From NCBI RefSeq assembly GCF_902713615.1, contig NC_052175.1:9527271-9591270 (forward strand): a stretch of 64,000 nt of DNA, read 5' to 3'. Position 1 is the stretch's first letter. Every line of letters starts with the position of its first letter. Below are positions 37,150 to 50,200 of this stretch, in pieces. The stretch comes from Scyliorhinus canicula. Lineage: Eukaryota. Both the position numbers and the translations under genes were made by a program. The notes below the pieces were generated by a model. It was not told where the DNA came from. It worked only from the letters and a program-made list of their open reading frames with translations, and searched no databases.

Positions 37150-40100
37150 TGCATGTACCTTTCAGCCTCCACATCCTTCTGGCAGTGTGGCGACCTGAAT
37201 TGAACACTATATTCCAAATGTGGCCTAACTAAGGGTTGATACAGCTGCAACATCACTTGCTAAGTTTTATACTCAATGTCCCGGCCAATGAAGACAAGCA
37301 TGCCGTATGCCTTCTTGGCTAACTTTTCAACCTCCATTGCCCCTTTCAGTGACCTGTGGAACTGTACACCTAGATCTCTCTTACTTTCAATGCTCTTGAG
37401 GGTTCTACCATTCGCTATATATTCCCTACCGGCATTAGACATTCCAAAATGCTTTACCTCACAATTGTACGGATTAATCTCCATCTGCCATCTCGACGCC
37501 CAAGTCTCCAAACGAACTAAATCCTGCTGTGTCCTCGGACAGTCATCACTATCCGTAATTCCACCAAACTTTGTGTCGTCTGCAAACTTACTAATCAGAC
37601 CAGTTACATTTTCCTCCAAATCATTTATATGTACTACGAACAGCAAAGGTCCCAGCACTGATCCCTGCGGAACACCAATAGTCACAGCCCTCCAATTAGA
37701 AAACACCCTTCCATTGTTACTCTGTGCCTTCTTTGAACTAGACAGTTTTGTATCCACCTTGTCAGCTCACCTCTGATCCCGTTTGACTTCAAGTTTTGTA
37801 CCAGTCAACGTTGAGGCACCTTGTCAAAGGCCTTACTGAAGTCCATATAGACAACATCGACTGCCTTACCTGCATGAATGATATTTGTGACCTTTTCGAA
37901 GAGTTATATCAAGCTAGTGAGACACAACATCACCTTCACAAAACCATGGTGCCTCTCACTAGTATGTCCAGTTGCTTCCAAATGGGAGTAGATCCTGTCT
38001 TCAAGAATTCTCTCTGGCAATTCCCCTACCACTGACGTAAGGCTTACCGGCCTGTAGTTCCCTGGATTATCCTTCTTAAACAAAGGAACAATATTGGCTA
38101 TTCTCCAGTCGTCTGGGAAATCACCTGAAGAGAGTGAGGATCAAAAGACTTTTGTCAAGGCCTAAGCAGTTTTCTGTCAAGCCTCCTTCAGTATTCAGGG
38201 GTAGATCCCATCAGACACTGGGGACGTATCTACCTTAATATTTTGCAAGACGCCCAACACCTCGTATTTTTGGATGTCAATGTGACGCAGGCTATCTACA
38301 CACCGTTCTGCAGACTCAACATCCACCAATTCCTTCTCTTTGGTGAATACTGATGCAAAGTATTCATTTAGTACCTCGCCCATTTCCTCTGGCTCCACAC
38401 ATAGATCCCCTGGCCAGTCGTTCAGTGGGATAACACTTCCCCTGGCTACCCTCTTGCTTTTTATGTACGTGCAAAAAGCATTGGGATTTTACTTAACCCT
38501 TTTTGGCAATGACTTATCGTGATCCCTTCTCGCCCTCCTGACTCCTTGCTTAAGTTCCTTCCTACTTTCCTTATATTCCACACGGGCTTCGCCTGTTCCC
38601 GGCCTTCTAGCCCTGACAAATTACTCCTTTTTCTTTTTGACGAGGCCTAAATATCTCTCGTTATCCAAAGTTCCTGAAATTTAACGTATTTATCCTTCTT
38701 CCTCACAGGAACATGCCGGTCCTAAATTCCTTTCAAGTAACACTTGAAAGTGTTACATGTCGGATGTTGATTTACACTGAAACGTCCGCCCTCAACCTAG
38801 GTTCTTCAGTTCCCGCCTAATATTTTTACAATTAGCCTTCCCCCAATTTAGCACATTCACCATAGGTGAAGTCCTTGTCCACCAGCACTTTACAACTTAC
38901 GGAATTGTGGTCACTGTTCCCGAAAAGCCTCCCTACTCAAACTTCTAATATCTGGCAGGGCTCATTCCCCAATACTAGGTCCAGTACAGCCCCTTCCCTA
39001 GTTGGACTGTCTACATATTGTTTTCAGAAGCCCTCCTGGATGTTCCTTATAAACTATGCCTCGTCTGAGCCCGAAGCACTGTGATTCCCAGTCAATATTG
39101 GGGAAGTTGAAGTCTCCCATCAGAACAACCCTGTTGTTTTTACTCTTTTCCAAAATCTGTCTACCTGTCTGCTCCTCTATCTCCCGCTGGCTGTTGATAA
39201 GCCTGTAGTAAACCCCCAACATTGTGATTGCACGCTTCCTATTCCTGATGTCGAGCCATATAACCTCACTGCCCTCTGAGGTGTCCTCCCGTAGTGCAGC
39301 TGTGATATTTTCCCTAACCAGAAGCTGAACTCCGCCACCCCTTTTCCAGCCCCTCTATCCCGCCTGAAACGTCTAAATCCTGGAACATTTAGCTCCCAAT
39401 CCTGTCCGTCCCTCACACAGATCTCTGTAATGGCAACAACATCAAAGTTCCAAGTACTAGTCCAAAGCTCTACGTTCATCTGCCTCCCCGTAATACTTAA
39501 TGCATGAAAAGATACGCACTTCAGGCCACCAGACCCGCTGTGCTCAGCAACATCTGCCTGTCTGCTCTACCTCAGACCCATATTGGCCATATTCCCTAGA
39601 TCTCACTCAATGCTTCCACCTTCGGAAATATTGCTCCGGTGCCCGCCCCCTGCCATACTAGATTAAACTCACCCGTGTGACTCTAGCAAAACTCGTGGAC
39701 AGGATTTTTACGCCTCTCCAGTTGAGATGCAATCCATTCTTCTTGTACAGGTCACACCTGCCCCGAAGGAGCTCCCAGTGGTCCAGATAACGGAAAAATT
39801 CCTTCCTATACCAGCTGCTGAGCCACGTGTTTAGCTACTCTATCTTCCTATTTCTAGCCTCACTGGCACGTGTCACAGGGAGTAATCCCGAGATTACGCC
39901 CCTAGATGCCCTGTCTTTTTAAATTTCTGCCTAGCTACCTGAACTCCTGCTGCAGGACCCCATACTACTCCCTGCGTATGTCGTTTGTACCAATATGTAT
40001 CTCGACCTCTGACTGTTTTCCCTCCCCCTTCAGGATGCCCGCTACTCGTTCATAGACATCCTGGACCCTGGCACCAGGGAGGCAACATACCATCCTGGAG

Positions 40101-41065
40101 TTCCTTCCACGTCCACAGAAGCGCCTATCTGTGTCCCTGACTCTAGAGTCCTTGATGACTATTGCTCTTCTGCGCTTTGACCCTCCCTTCTGAACATCAG
40201 AGCCAGCCGTGGTGCCACTGCTCTGGCTGCTGCTGTTTTCCCTGATAGACTAACCAACAGAAAGTATACAAAGTATACCTGTTCGAGAGGGGGACAACCA
40301 CAGGGGATTCCTGCACTGACTGATTGTCCTTTCTCTGCCTGAACCTTGGGTGTGGCCACATTTATATAACTGCTATCTATGACACTTTCCGCCACCTGCA
40401 AGCTCCTAAGTGCATCCAACTGCTGCTCCAACTGAACCATGCAGTCTGTGAGGAGCTCATGTCGGGTGCAGTTTCCGCAGCTGAAGCCATCCGGAACCCT
40501 GGAAGCCTCCCGGACCTGCTACATCTCACAGTCAGGGCACTGCACCCCACTAATTGACATTACGTCAATTAATTAGTAAATTAAACTTAAACGTTTTTTT
40601 TTAAATGTTACTAAGACTCTATGTTTCCTCGCACTAGATTTCTACTATAAATGTGAAAGCTAAATACAACACACTCCGATCTCTGGCTTAGACCCTCCTC
40701 TAAATTATAATTAAGTAATACTTACACTAATTATGTTCAATTAGTTTAACAATGCTTAATTTTTAAATTTAGCTTCCTAACCAGCCAATCACGTCACAAC
40801 TTTGTTCAGCACACTTCAGTCCCCCCCCCCCCCCCCCCCACCCCGTTCCCCGCCACGCACTCTGAAAAGGTTATACAAATAAATAAAAATAACTTACATC
40901 TCCAATTTACCAGATGTTCCCTGGTTCTCTCGCAGCAGATTAAAAATTACAGGCCAGAGGAAAGGGAGAGAATAAAGCAGCAGGGAAAGAGCACCTTCTC
41001 CCACGCTGCACCAAAATACAAAGTTCCAAATTCCCACTCTGGATGTGTCTCACTCCGGCTGTGTG
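37150..41065 (-). mobile_element. Near full-length CR1 LINE (second subfamily), decayed and internally deleted
   Basis: ORF1 QLEQQLDALRSLQVAESVIDSSY at about 40440; EN VVLMGDFNFPNIDW at about 39100; RT GVPQGSVLGPLLF and SKFADDTK at about 37600. Confidence 0.88.
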
Positions 41066-41069
41066 TCAA

Positions 41070-41320
41070 TCACTTGCGCAAAGCTGTCACTCGGTGTGAT
41101 CCATTGATTATTTTAATAATAGATTTCAGTGGATACATCAATGCAATCTGGATCTGCTCCCTGAACCTGGACAGAGTTTCCACATAAATTAACGTGCTCC
41201 TGCTGCAATTTATATTCACCAGTATTTTTCCAACTTCCTGTAAATTATATTGAGGAATGGTGAGGTAAATTAATCTTCCCAAATCAATATAGAAAAATGT
41301 AACAACAAAAACCGTCTACA
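41070..41320 (-). pseudogene. GPR139/GPR142-like GPCR remnant, TM6-TM7-C-terminus only (copy 3)
   Basis: *TVFVVTFFYIDLGRLIY..LQEVGKILVNINCSRSTLIYVETLSRFREQ..IIKII is collinear with copy 1; flanked by LINEs. Confidence 0.75.
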
Positions 41321-41324
41321 TGAA

Positions 41325-43560
41325 TGGTAGCAATGATAATCCAGGGAACAACTGGTCGCTGAGCCTTATGTCACTGGTAGGGAAATTACTGGAGTTTTCT
41401 TCGAGGCAGGATCTCCACTTATTCGGAAGCAAATGGAAGTTTTAGCGAGAGGCAGCACGGTTTTGTGAAGGGGAGGTCGTGTCTCACTATCCAAATCGTG
41501 TTTTTCGAAGAGGTCACAAAGATGACTGATGCTGGCAGGGCAGTGCATGTTGTCTGTATAGACTTCAGTAAGGCATTTGACAAGGTCCTTCATGGCATAC
41601 TGGTACAAAAGGTGAAGACACACGGGATCAGGGGTGAGCTGGCAAGATGGAAACAGAACTGGCTGTGTCACAGAAGGAGAGAGTAGCAGTGGAAGGGTGC
41701 TTTTCTGATAGGAGGGCTGTGATCAGAGTTGTTCCGCAGGGGTCAGTGCTGGGACCTTTGCTGTTCGTAGTATATATAAATGATGTGGAGGAAAATGGGA
41801 TTGGTCTGATGAGTAAGTTTGCAGCCGACACAAAGTTTGATGGAATTGCGGATAGCGATTAGGACTATCAGAGGATACAGCAGGATTGAAATGGTTTGGA
41901 GACTTGGGCGGAGGGATGTCAGATGGAGTTTAATCCGTACAAATGTGAGGTAATGCATTTTGGAAGGTCTACTGCAGGTAGGGACTATACAGTGAATGGT
42001 AGAACGCTCAAGTGTTGATAGTCAGAGAGATCTAGATGTACAGGTCCACAGGTCACTGAAAGGTGCAACACAGGTGGAGAAGGTAGTCAAGAAGGCATAC
42101 GGCATGGTTGCCTTCTTTGGACGCGGCATTGAGTATAAAAATTGGCATGTCATGTTGCCGCTGTATAGAAAATTAGTTAGGCCTCACTTGGACTATAGTG
42201 TTCAATTCTGGTCGCCACACTACCAGAAGGATGTGGAGGCTTTAGAGGGGAGTAAGAAGAGATTTACCAGGATGTTGCCTGGCACAGAGTGCATTAGCTA
42301 TGAGAGGTGGAGTAAACACGTTTTGTTCTCACTGGAACGACGGAGGTTGTTGGGCGAACTGATAGAGGTCTACAAAATTATGAGGAGCATAGACATCGTG
42401 GATAGTCAGGGTTTTTTTTCCCAGGGTAGAGTGGTCAATTACTACGGGGGATAGGCTTAAGGTGCGAGGGGCAAGGATTAGAGGAGACGTACGAGACAAG
42501 TTGTTTACGTAGAGGGTTGTGGGTGCTTGGAACTCGCTGCCGGAGGAGGTGGAGGACGCAGGGACGATAGTGACTTTTAAGTGACATATTGACAAATACA
42601 TCAATGGGATGGGAATAGAGGGATACTGACCCCTGACGTGCAGAAGATTTTATTTCGTCGGACACCCTGGTCGGCACAGGCTTGGAGGGCCGAAATGCGT
42701 GTTCCTATGTTGTACTTTTCTTTGTTCTTTGTTGTAAATCCCAAGGCCCGATGGGATCTACCCAGAATACTGAAGGAGGCTGGAAAGGAAATTGACAGAC
42801 ATCTTTGGATCCAGACTGTCTGTAGGTGATATTCAGGAGGACTGGAGAATAGCCAATATTGTTCCTTTGTTTAGGAAGTGCAGCAAGCATAATCCAGCGC
42901 ACAACAGGGCGGTGAGCTTTACGTCTGTGGTAGGGAAATTACTGGAGAGAATTCTTAGAGACATGATCTCCTCCTGTTTGGAATTAAATGGACGTATTAG
43001 CGACAGGCAGCACGGTTTCGTGAAGGGGAAGTCGTGTCTCACTAAGTTGATAGAGTTTTTCGACGATGTCACAAAGATGACTGATGCAGGCAGGGCAGCG
43101 CATGTTGTCTATATGGACTTCAGTAAGGCCTTTAACAAGGCCCCTCATGGCAGACTGGTACAAAAAGTGAGGTTAGACGGGATAAGAGGTGAGCTGGCAA
43201 GATGGAAACAGAACTGGCTGTGTCATAAGGAGTAGCAATGGAAGGGTGCCTTTCTGATTGGAGGGCCGTGACTAGTGGTGATCCGGAGGTATCAGTGCTG
43301 GGACCTTTACTGTTCGTAGTATATATATATTTATACATATAAATATATATAAATGATTCGAAGGAAAATGTAACTGGTCTGATTAGTAAGTTTGCAGACG
43401 CCACAAATGTTGGTGGAATTGCGGATAGTCATGAGGATCGTCAGAGGATACAGCAGGATTGAGATCGTTTGGAGATGGGCGGAGAGATGGCTGATGGAGT
43501 TTAATCCGGACAAATGCGAGGTCATGCATTTTGTAAGGTATAATGCAGGTTGAGAATATA
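41325..43560 (+). mobile_element. Two tandem CR1 RT/3' fragments (41325-42732 and 42733-43560)
   Basis: The same RT segment appears twice (KGRSCLT/KGKSCLT; cacaaagatgactgatgc(t/a)ggcagggcag at about 41516 and 43071). Confidence 0.85.
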
Positions 43561-43824
43561 CAGTCCGCTGCTGCAGCTCTTTCCCAGATCAGAGCTCTTC
43601 ATTCCTCATTCAGAACAGTCCAATTGCAGGTGATAGGCAATTGATATCGTCACCCGTGTAGGAAATCACTCCCTTACTATTACTCCCTAATACTGGTATG
43701 AGATATTAAATCGAAAAGCCTTGCCATGCACTTCTGGGCTGTACAGAAATGCATGTTCTCTTTGAGCGGGAGAGCGGTATGTGTCTGTGTGTGTCTGTGT
43801 GCGTGTGTCAGTGGTGTGAGCGTT

Positions 43825-43995
43825 GGGGAGGAAGGTATTCGCCCCCGTGTACCAGGATCAATCACTGGCCCTGAACACAGACAATTAAAAATCACATGAC
43901 CTTGGCCATTGACACATTGTTGATTCAGAGCTCTTGCTCTGCCGAAATTTAGCAGCAGCGTTCCCTACATAGCAACATCCACTATACTTCCATTC
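43825..43995 (+). mobile_element. Decayed Deu-domain SINE fragment (SacSINE1/AmnSINE1-like)
   Basis: tggccattgacacattgttg..gaaatttagcagcagcgttccctacatagcaacatccactatacttc resembles, from memory, the Deu-SINE core and tail. Confidence 0.45.
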
Positions 43996-44067
43996 GTCCT
44001 GAAGGGTGTCACTTTCTCTCTTTGACCTGGTATTCATTCGATTGTATCTTGTCACAAGATTACACCC

Positions 44068-44504
44068 GGTGCTGCTGTCCATCCTAGCAGATCAGACATG
44101 CTGCCATACAAGTCTTGTGACTGCACATCCTTTAGGTAGTTCAAAGTCAGAGATCCTAAATAATCGGGGTCTGGGACAATACAACTTGAGACACAATAAC
44201 TGTGAGAGGCACAATGATTCGCCATTCAATTGTTACCCTCGGCATTTGATTCAAATTGGATTCATGAATGAGGGAACGGGATATTTTATAGTTTACTCTT
44301 GCACCCCATCCTTCATTGGGAATATCGTCACTTGCCCTGCGACAACAGAACCGCTGGTTTTGTCTCTCACAGTTATTTTGTCTCAGGTAGTTTTGTCCCA
44401 GACTACGTCAATTCAGACTCTCTGACTTTGAACTACCCAAAAGGTGCACAGTCACAAGGCTTGTTTGACAGCATGTCCGATCTGCTTGAATGAACGCCAG
44501 CACC
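44068..44504. repeat. Long inverted repeat (about 140-bp arms, about 155-bp spacer), MITE-like
   Basis: 44068-44208 versus the reverse complement of 44364-44504; gap-free core of about 120 nt at roughly 80% identity by eye. Confidence 0.85.
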
Positions 44505-47123
44505 TGAAGTAGTTTAATGACCGAATAAACGGCTTGACATGTATAGATCGACTCTCTGCTCATTGCGGTTGTCCAGGACAGTGATTCTATAATTTATTTG
44601 TGAAAGGAAGGAGCTCTGAGGGATGCCCTTGGTCGGTGCAATGGCTCCAATTTTCTCCGCACGGGGTAAACCTGCGATTCCTTCTTTAATAATCAGGACT
44701 CGAGGTGCAAGTGTGATCGAACAGTAACTCCCCATCCTAAGAAGCTGTCCAATCGCCTCCCTCATCACTACACCAAAGACTTCAATTGCTTGGATTGTTC
44801 CTATGTTTGGTGAGGAGTTTGGGATACAATTCCTTAACTATCTACTGGAATGTTTACAGGGCGGGATTGGGAGGGTCAAACCTCACTCGTTTATTGAACT
44901 ATTTTTGTGTCATCTCTTTATAATTATGAGTTCCTGTGTACACGTATAATTATCTGACCAAGATATCTCATCCATCTTATTCTTTCTATCCTTATGTTTA
45001 TGAATTGTCAACTCGATCTGTAAGTAGAATACACGTGACTGGCGGGAGATAGTGGGATGAGGAATGGAATCTGAGTGTCCTCGCGCTGGCATAGACAAGA
45101 TGGCCAAATGGCCTCCTTCGGTACCGTGACTTTTCTCTGATTTTGCTATGATACATTGACTTTCCATGATGAAATTAAACAGCATTTTCCATTTCCCACT
45201 TTCTCCCTCGACTGTACTTTGAACGTGTGGCCACTCTTCAGAAATCGCGCCAATTGAATGCTCTTCAGATTCGTATAATCAATCCAAAGCAATACTTTTG
45301 TATATCAATGGCCTACATACGTGTTGCAATGTCTATCTCAATGATCAACGGACAGTTTGAAGTGTTTCAAGTGTCTGTGAACGCACATAGCCCAGAAGCT
45401 GAGCTTCACAGAGAGAACACCGGAGGCACATTTAAAAAGAGTTCGTCAGTGTTTGTTTTTAATTAGAAACTAAAAGTTTTTGAAATGAGTCATAATGCTT
45501 CAGAAAATTTATGTAAAGATCCGGTGCACAGTATTTTAACGGTCAACATGGCATTCTGCCCGTGGTTACCTCAGTGTGAACAACCAAGGTGTTCTCGCCA
45601 GAATTGTCAACACTTCAGGTAAAAACTTTGGTAGACAGCAGACGCAGCTCAATAATTTGTTTCACAAAGGAGCTCAGAGGAAAGTCCAGACCATCACCGG
45701 TAGTCCCTCTCACTCTTTGAGCCGATGCTTTATAATGCCTGTTGCATGGAACAATCGGCTCAAGAGGTATTTTGTTCCCAGTAACATAAGCACTGAATAA
45801 CATAATGTTAATTTAACTTGCTGTTTTTAATAGATATTTAGTGAAATATCTTATGCGTGTGTGGTATGTATACATGAGAAATATTCGCAAAAGTATGAAT
45901 GGTGGCATACAAGCAATATTTACTCTTTTGAAGAGTTTTTACTGCTATACTGGATATGAAACGAAATACAAGTGTACACTTTTGCATGGGAAATTAAACG
46001 CCATTATTATTATTCCTCTACATCATTCGCAATATCGCAAGGCCGTTTCCAGCAAGCAACTGCCCGTTCGTCCCCTCTTCTCCTGCCACACTATCTAAAT
46101 TCGCAGTAACAAATAGAATGCTGCTCCGCATTAATTTCAATCATCAAGAGATTGGTTGGGAAATTTCTCGGAGATTGATATTGAAAGAGTTTATTCATAT
46201 CGGGCGATATCTTTGTTGTGACTCAGTGTAACATGCTGGATCTGCTCATGCGGAGTAATCAGAATGGTAATATTAATTGGAATATATAGACAGAACAAGA
46301 CGAAAGTCCATAGAGATGGAATCAGGCCATGGCGCTAACATGATAGACTGAATTCCTAATGATCATCTCAGAACTCCTCCTGACTCAACAAGGAAATCTA
46401 CCGCTTGTCGAGGGCACAGTTCCAAATACACCCCTTCTTTCTAAAATTCCACATCTGACATGTTGTTTTCAATCAATACTTCCTGTTTAAAGGAAAAATA
46501 GAATCATGGGAAATTTAATACATCACTCCCCACATCTGTCCCTGACTGTTCAGGGCCTGTTTAGAACATCTGCCTCGACAGTTTGTTCACGAAGTCAAAC
46601 TACCGTACGGGATGAGGATATTCATGAAGGCCCCGCCTCCAGAACCTTTGGCGCTCGCATGAGGTGTGGCGATCATTCGGTTAATTCACCGCCAGTCAGC
46701 TGTCCCACACAAAGGGGAAGTAGCCTCTGGTCACCTGGGCCTATTGTTAGTTTGATCACTTTCCCCAATTCACATCTTAGCCCGTGCAACGCATCTGAAT
46801 CCTGAACTGATATTTTGAACTCAACAGAAATCGCAGATGACATTTTATCAATTTTTGGACGTATTGCAACATCGTTTAATGGTCGATTAATTTATTTGTA
46901 TTTACATATCGACATTTGAAATGAAATGTAACTGGAACGATACAATCATCGGAGAGATCTCACTGTGACTGGAGTTTTCTCGAATTCTGCCATACCTTGT
47001 TTATAGTAGATTATCACAAATGATTCTTAACACTTTGTCCTCTGCATTGAAAAAAGGAATCAGTGTTTAGCGCAATGCACGGGGAGAGTTTAGCTGCTTG
47101 ATAGAAGTCTCCTTGGTTCTATG

Positions 47124-47129
47124 TTTATT
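47124..47129 (-). terminator. Candidate polyadenylation signal of the V-C1 gene
   Basis: AATAAA on the minus strand about 70 nt after the TGA at 47201. Confidence 0.6.
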
Positions 47130-47200
47130 TCCACAAGGCATCAAGGTTGTTCGGCATAACATGTCTCCTCCAGGATTCATCAAGGAAAAGCCGTCCATTC

Positions 47201-47281
47201 TCATCTGCGGCCTGCCTTCTTTTTTGATCTCTTTTCCAATGCGGCCAAATCCAGCGAGGCGTAGAGAGGTCCACCCTGAGA
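47201..47281 (-). CDS. Exon 8, terminal (SQGGPLYASLDLAALEKRSKKKAGRR*)
   Basis: Acceptor atattttccag (second AG 6 nt downstream, same frame), YASL motif, TGA, downstream AATAAA. Confidence 0.7.
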   Translation of the reverse strand, partial: SQGGPLYASLDLAALEKRSKKKAGRR

Positions 47282-50200
47282 CTGGAAAATATATGAAGCA
47301 TTGACATTCAAAAATAGTGAACATAGATGCCAAATTATTCCGAAAAGCATTCGATTTCAATGAAGTGACAGAATGTGACAACTAAGAAGGATAGCATTCA
47401 AAGAACAAAGAGCAAAGAACAAAGAAAATTACTGCACAGGAACAGGCCCTTCGGCCCTCCCAGCCTGCGCCGATCCAGATCCTTTATCTAAACCTGTCTC
47501 CTATTTTCAAAGGTCTACTTCCCTCTGTTCCCGCCCGTTCATATACCTGTCTAGATGCCTCATAAATGATGCTATCGTGCCCGCCTCGACCATTCGGTCC
47601 ATTCAATCCGTCCTGGCTCCTTGAAAGTGCTGGTCAGTTAGCGGAATCGTCATTTTGACATTTCCCATATCTTCAACAATTCTCCTCCCTTCAAACATTT
47701 CACAGATTCCCTTTTAAAAAGCACAGTTGAATCAGCTTCCAGTTCCCCTCTATATCTATCTGCAAGTGTGCTGCTAACTGTTTACGGAAAATAAATTAAA
47801 GCAGACATGGTCAATGTAAAACAAGACAACAAGGGCGACGTAACTGTGACTTTTATTCCATATATTTATTGTTAAATAGCAAATCTGATGATCATGTTTC
47901 CCCGTGTGTCATCTATAGGGTCCGGCAGATAAATCCATATCCAGACAGAAACACAGACACAATAAAGAGAATTCCACCTGAAACGCAGAGAAGTTGGGGG
48001 GGGGGGGGGGGAGTGGGAGTGCACATCAAGAGGCCATTTGGACCATGCTGTCAGTGCCTAAATAAACTAACTTGGAATATAAAGCACCCTGACCATTCTT
48101 ATCACACTGCCCATCTCCCGATCCGTTGCTTTAAACGTTCCAGCACTTTAAGTGAAGATCCAGGCACCTTATGAAATGTTTGTGCCTCAAGCACCAAATC
48201 AGGGAGTACAATCCATACTGCTCATATTTTGCGCCTTTCGCAGCTCTGCAAGCCCCTTATCGTTTGACAGCAACTTTTCAAAATTCTCCTCAAAGCTTTC
48301 AATGAAAGAAATTCGGCAGCCCATTCGGAATCAATAGTGTTCCAAGAACATCCATTTAATAACGGTGCTGCGGATGTATTTAATTTGGATGTTTGTTGAG
48401 GGATTTGATGTCAAATCCTGCTCCCTGCTCCCCAGTCCCAACACAACACTCTCGCTCCTCCACTCCTGCCCCCGCAGAGAAATATGTTCTGATTTTAGTT
48501 AATGCGACGATGTCATTTGAAACAAATGCTTATGTTCTAGAATGTGCTCGGCCAACCGCGTGAAATATCTAGCGTGGGATGGGGTGTACATTATTCCAAA
48601 CATCCGCAATCTATCTGGGCAGCTTGACAACATATTAATTGCACTTACCCGTAACGCACCGTCATTTAATCTCTGGGTCTGTGCTTGGCGGTTGTCGCCT
48701 AGGTATTAAAGAATGCAAAATAAATTTAAATATTATGTTCTTTCGGCGAATAGATATTCAACTGGAGATAGGCGAAGACAATGACGAATCAATGCGCCAA
48801 TGGGCTCAATGCATCAATTCACCCTAATTGTCAATTTCAGTCAATCCAAAAGCTTTACAAATAGGCCAGTGTACCCGTAATAGATCAACGGCCCCTCAAT
48901 GCATCAAGTGTCAGATAATGAGTCATTGGAGCCCAGTTCGCCAATGGTGGACAAGCCCGTCGTCTCGCGTCCATTTCCTACCTGATCTATTACCGGCAGA
49001 TTTAATAATCAATAATTGGCCGTTTCCTGGCACCAACATGAATGATATGATTGAAGAATATTTTGATGGCAGGAAGTCCAGTTACCAATCGGTGAATTTC
49101 CGCAATTTGCTATTTAATCGGTGCCGATATTTCATGGAACGTACCCGCTTGTCGCTCTTTCAGCTTCCCTCTTTGTGTTGTCGCTCTCAAGCTAAAACGG
49201 AACAAGGACAAGAAGTATTAATAAAGTGTTAGGTAGATCCTGGTCCAGGTCCCAGAAATAGCTGATAAAATAATTAATTGTGCAGCACGTTTAGATTCAT
49301 CTTCATATATCGAACAGAATATCAACATGAAACATTGAAATCAGAGTTGGGTTTGAACTGGAATTATCACAATACTAAACACAAAGAGAGTATCCGTGAT
49401 GGAGTTTACAAATGGCTCAGTTACTTACTTTACATTTTGGCTTTTGTTGTCCCATTTTCCTGAAAGAAGAAACTATAATTAGCAAAATAAAATCAGGAGA
49501 AGATAATAACATTGGATACGCAATTACGGCAATATCCCTCATGCACCGGATTCCTCACCTGATCTGCCTCCTTTACAAATCCGAATGGAAAGTAGAATCA
49601 ACAAGAGAAGCAGAACCACTAGGACAGTGATGAAAGCGGGAAGGGCCCGGCTGCACCATCCTGCAGAGACAAAACAATTAGAATCTGCTTCTCTGTCACA
49701 TCCTTATCTCCTGGGATTCTCTGCTGGGAAACTCAACTCAGGTAAAAAGTCGGAAGCTGAACCTTGGGACTGAAAGGGGCAAATTAAGGCCCTTGGAAAT
49801 GATAGTAAAACGTGAAATGGAATCATAGAATTTACAGTGCAGAAGGAGGCCATTCGGCCCATCGAGTTTTCATCGGCCTTCGGAAAGAGCACCCTTCACG
49901 CTATCCACAGAACCCATTAACCCCACCTAACCTTTGTGGACACGAAGGACAATTTAGCATGGTCAATCCTCCTAACATGCACGTCACCGGACAGGAGGAA
50001 GACACCGGAGCACCAGGAGGAAACCCACGCAGACACAGGGAGAACGTGCAGACTCCGCACAGACAGTGACCCGGCCCGGGAACCGAAACTGGGACCCTGG
50101 AGCTGTGAAGCATCTCTGCTAACTACTGTGCTGCCGTGCCGCCCTTTGATTGGGTTCTGGTGAATTAATTATGTTCAACGTGTTAGAAATATCTCGGAAT

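Noticed and set aside
45227-45466. Plus-strand ORF with ALQIRIINPKQYFC as a V-domain remnant
   Set aside because: Spacing does not fit DxGxYxC; no B-strand Cys, C-strand Trp or splice sites.
48199-48295. Minus-strand segment FEENFEKLLSNDKGLAELRK resembling an RGS-domain start, or an alternative tail exon
   Set aside because: Weak acceptor (AAG), early stop and no further RGS motifs; the exon 6-7-8 chain has better splice sites and explains the tail.
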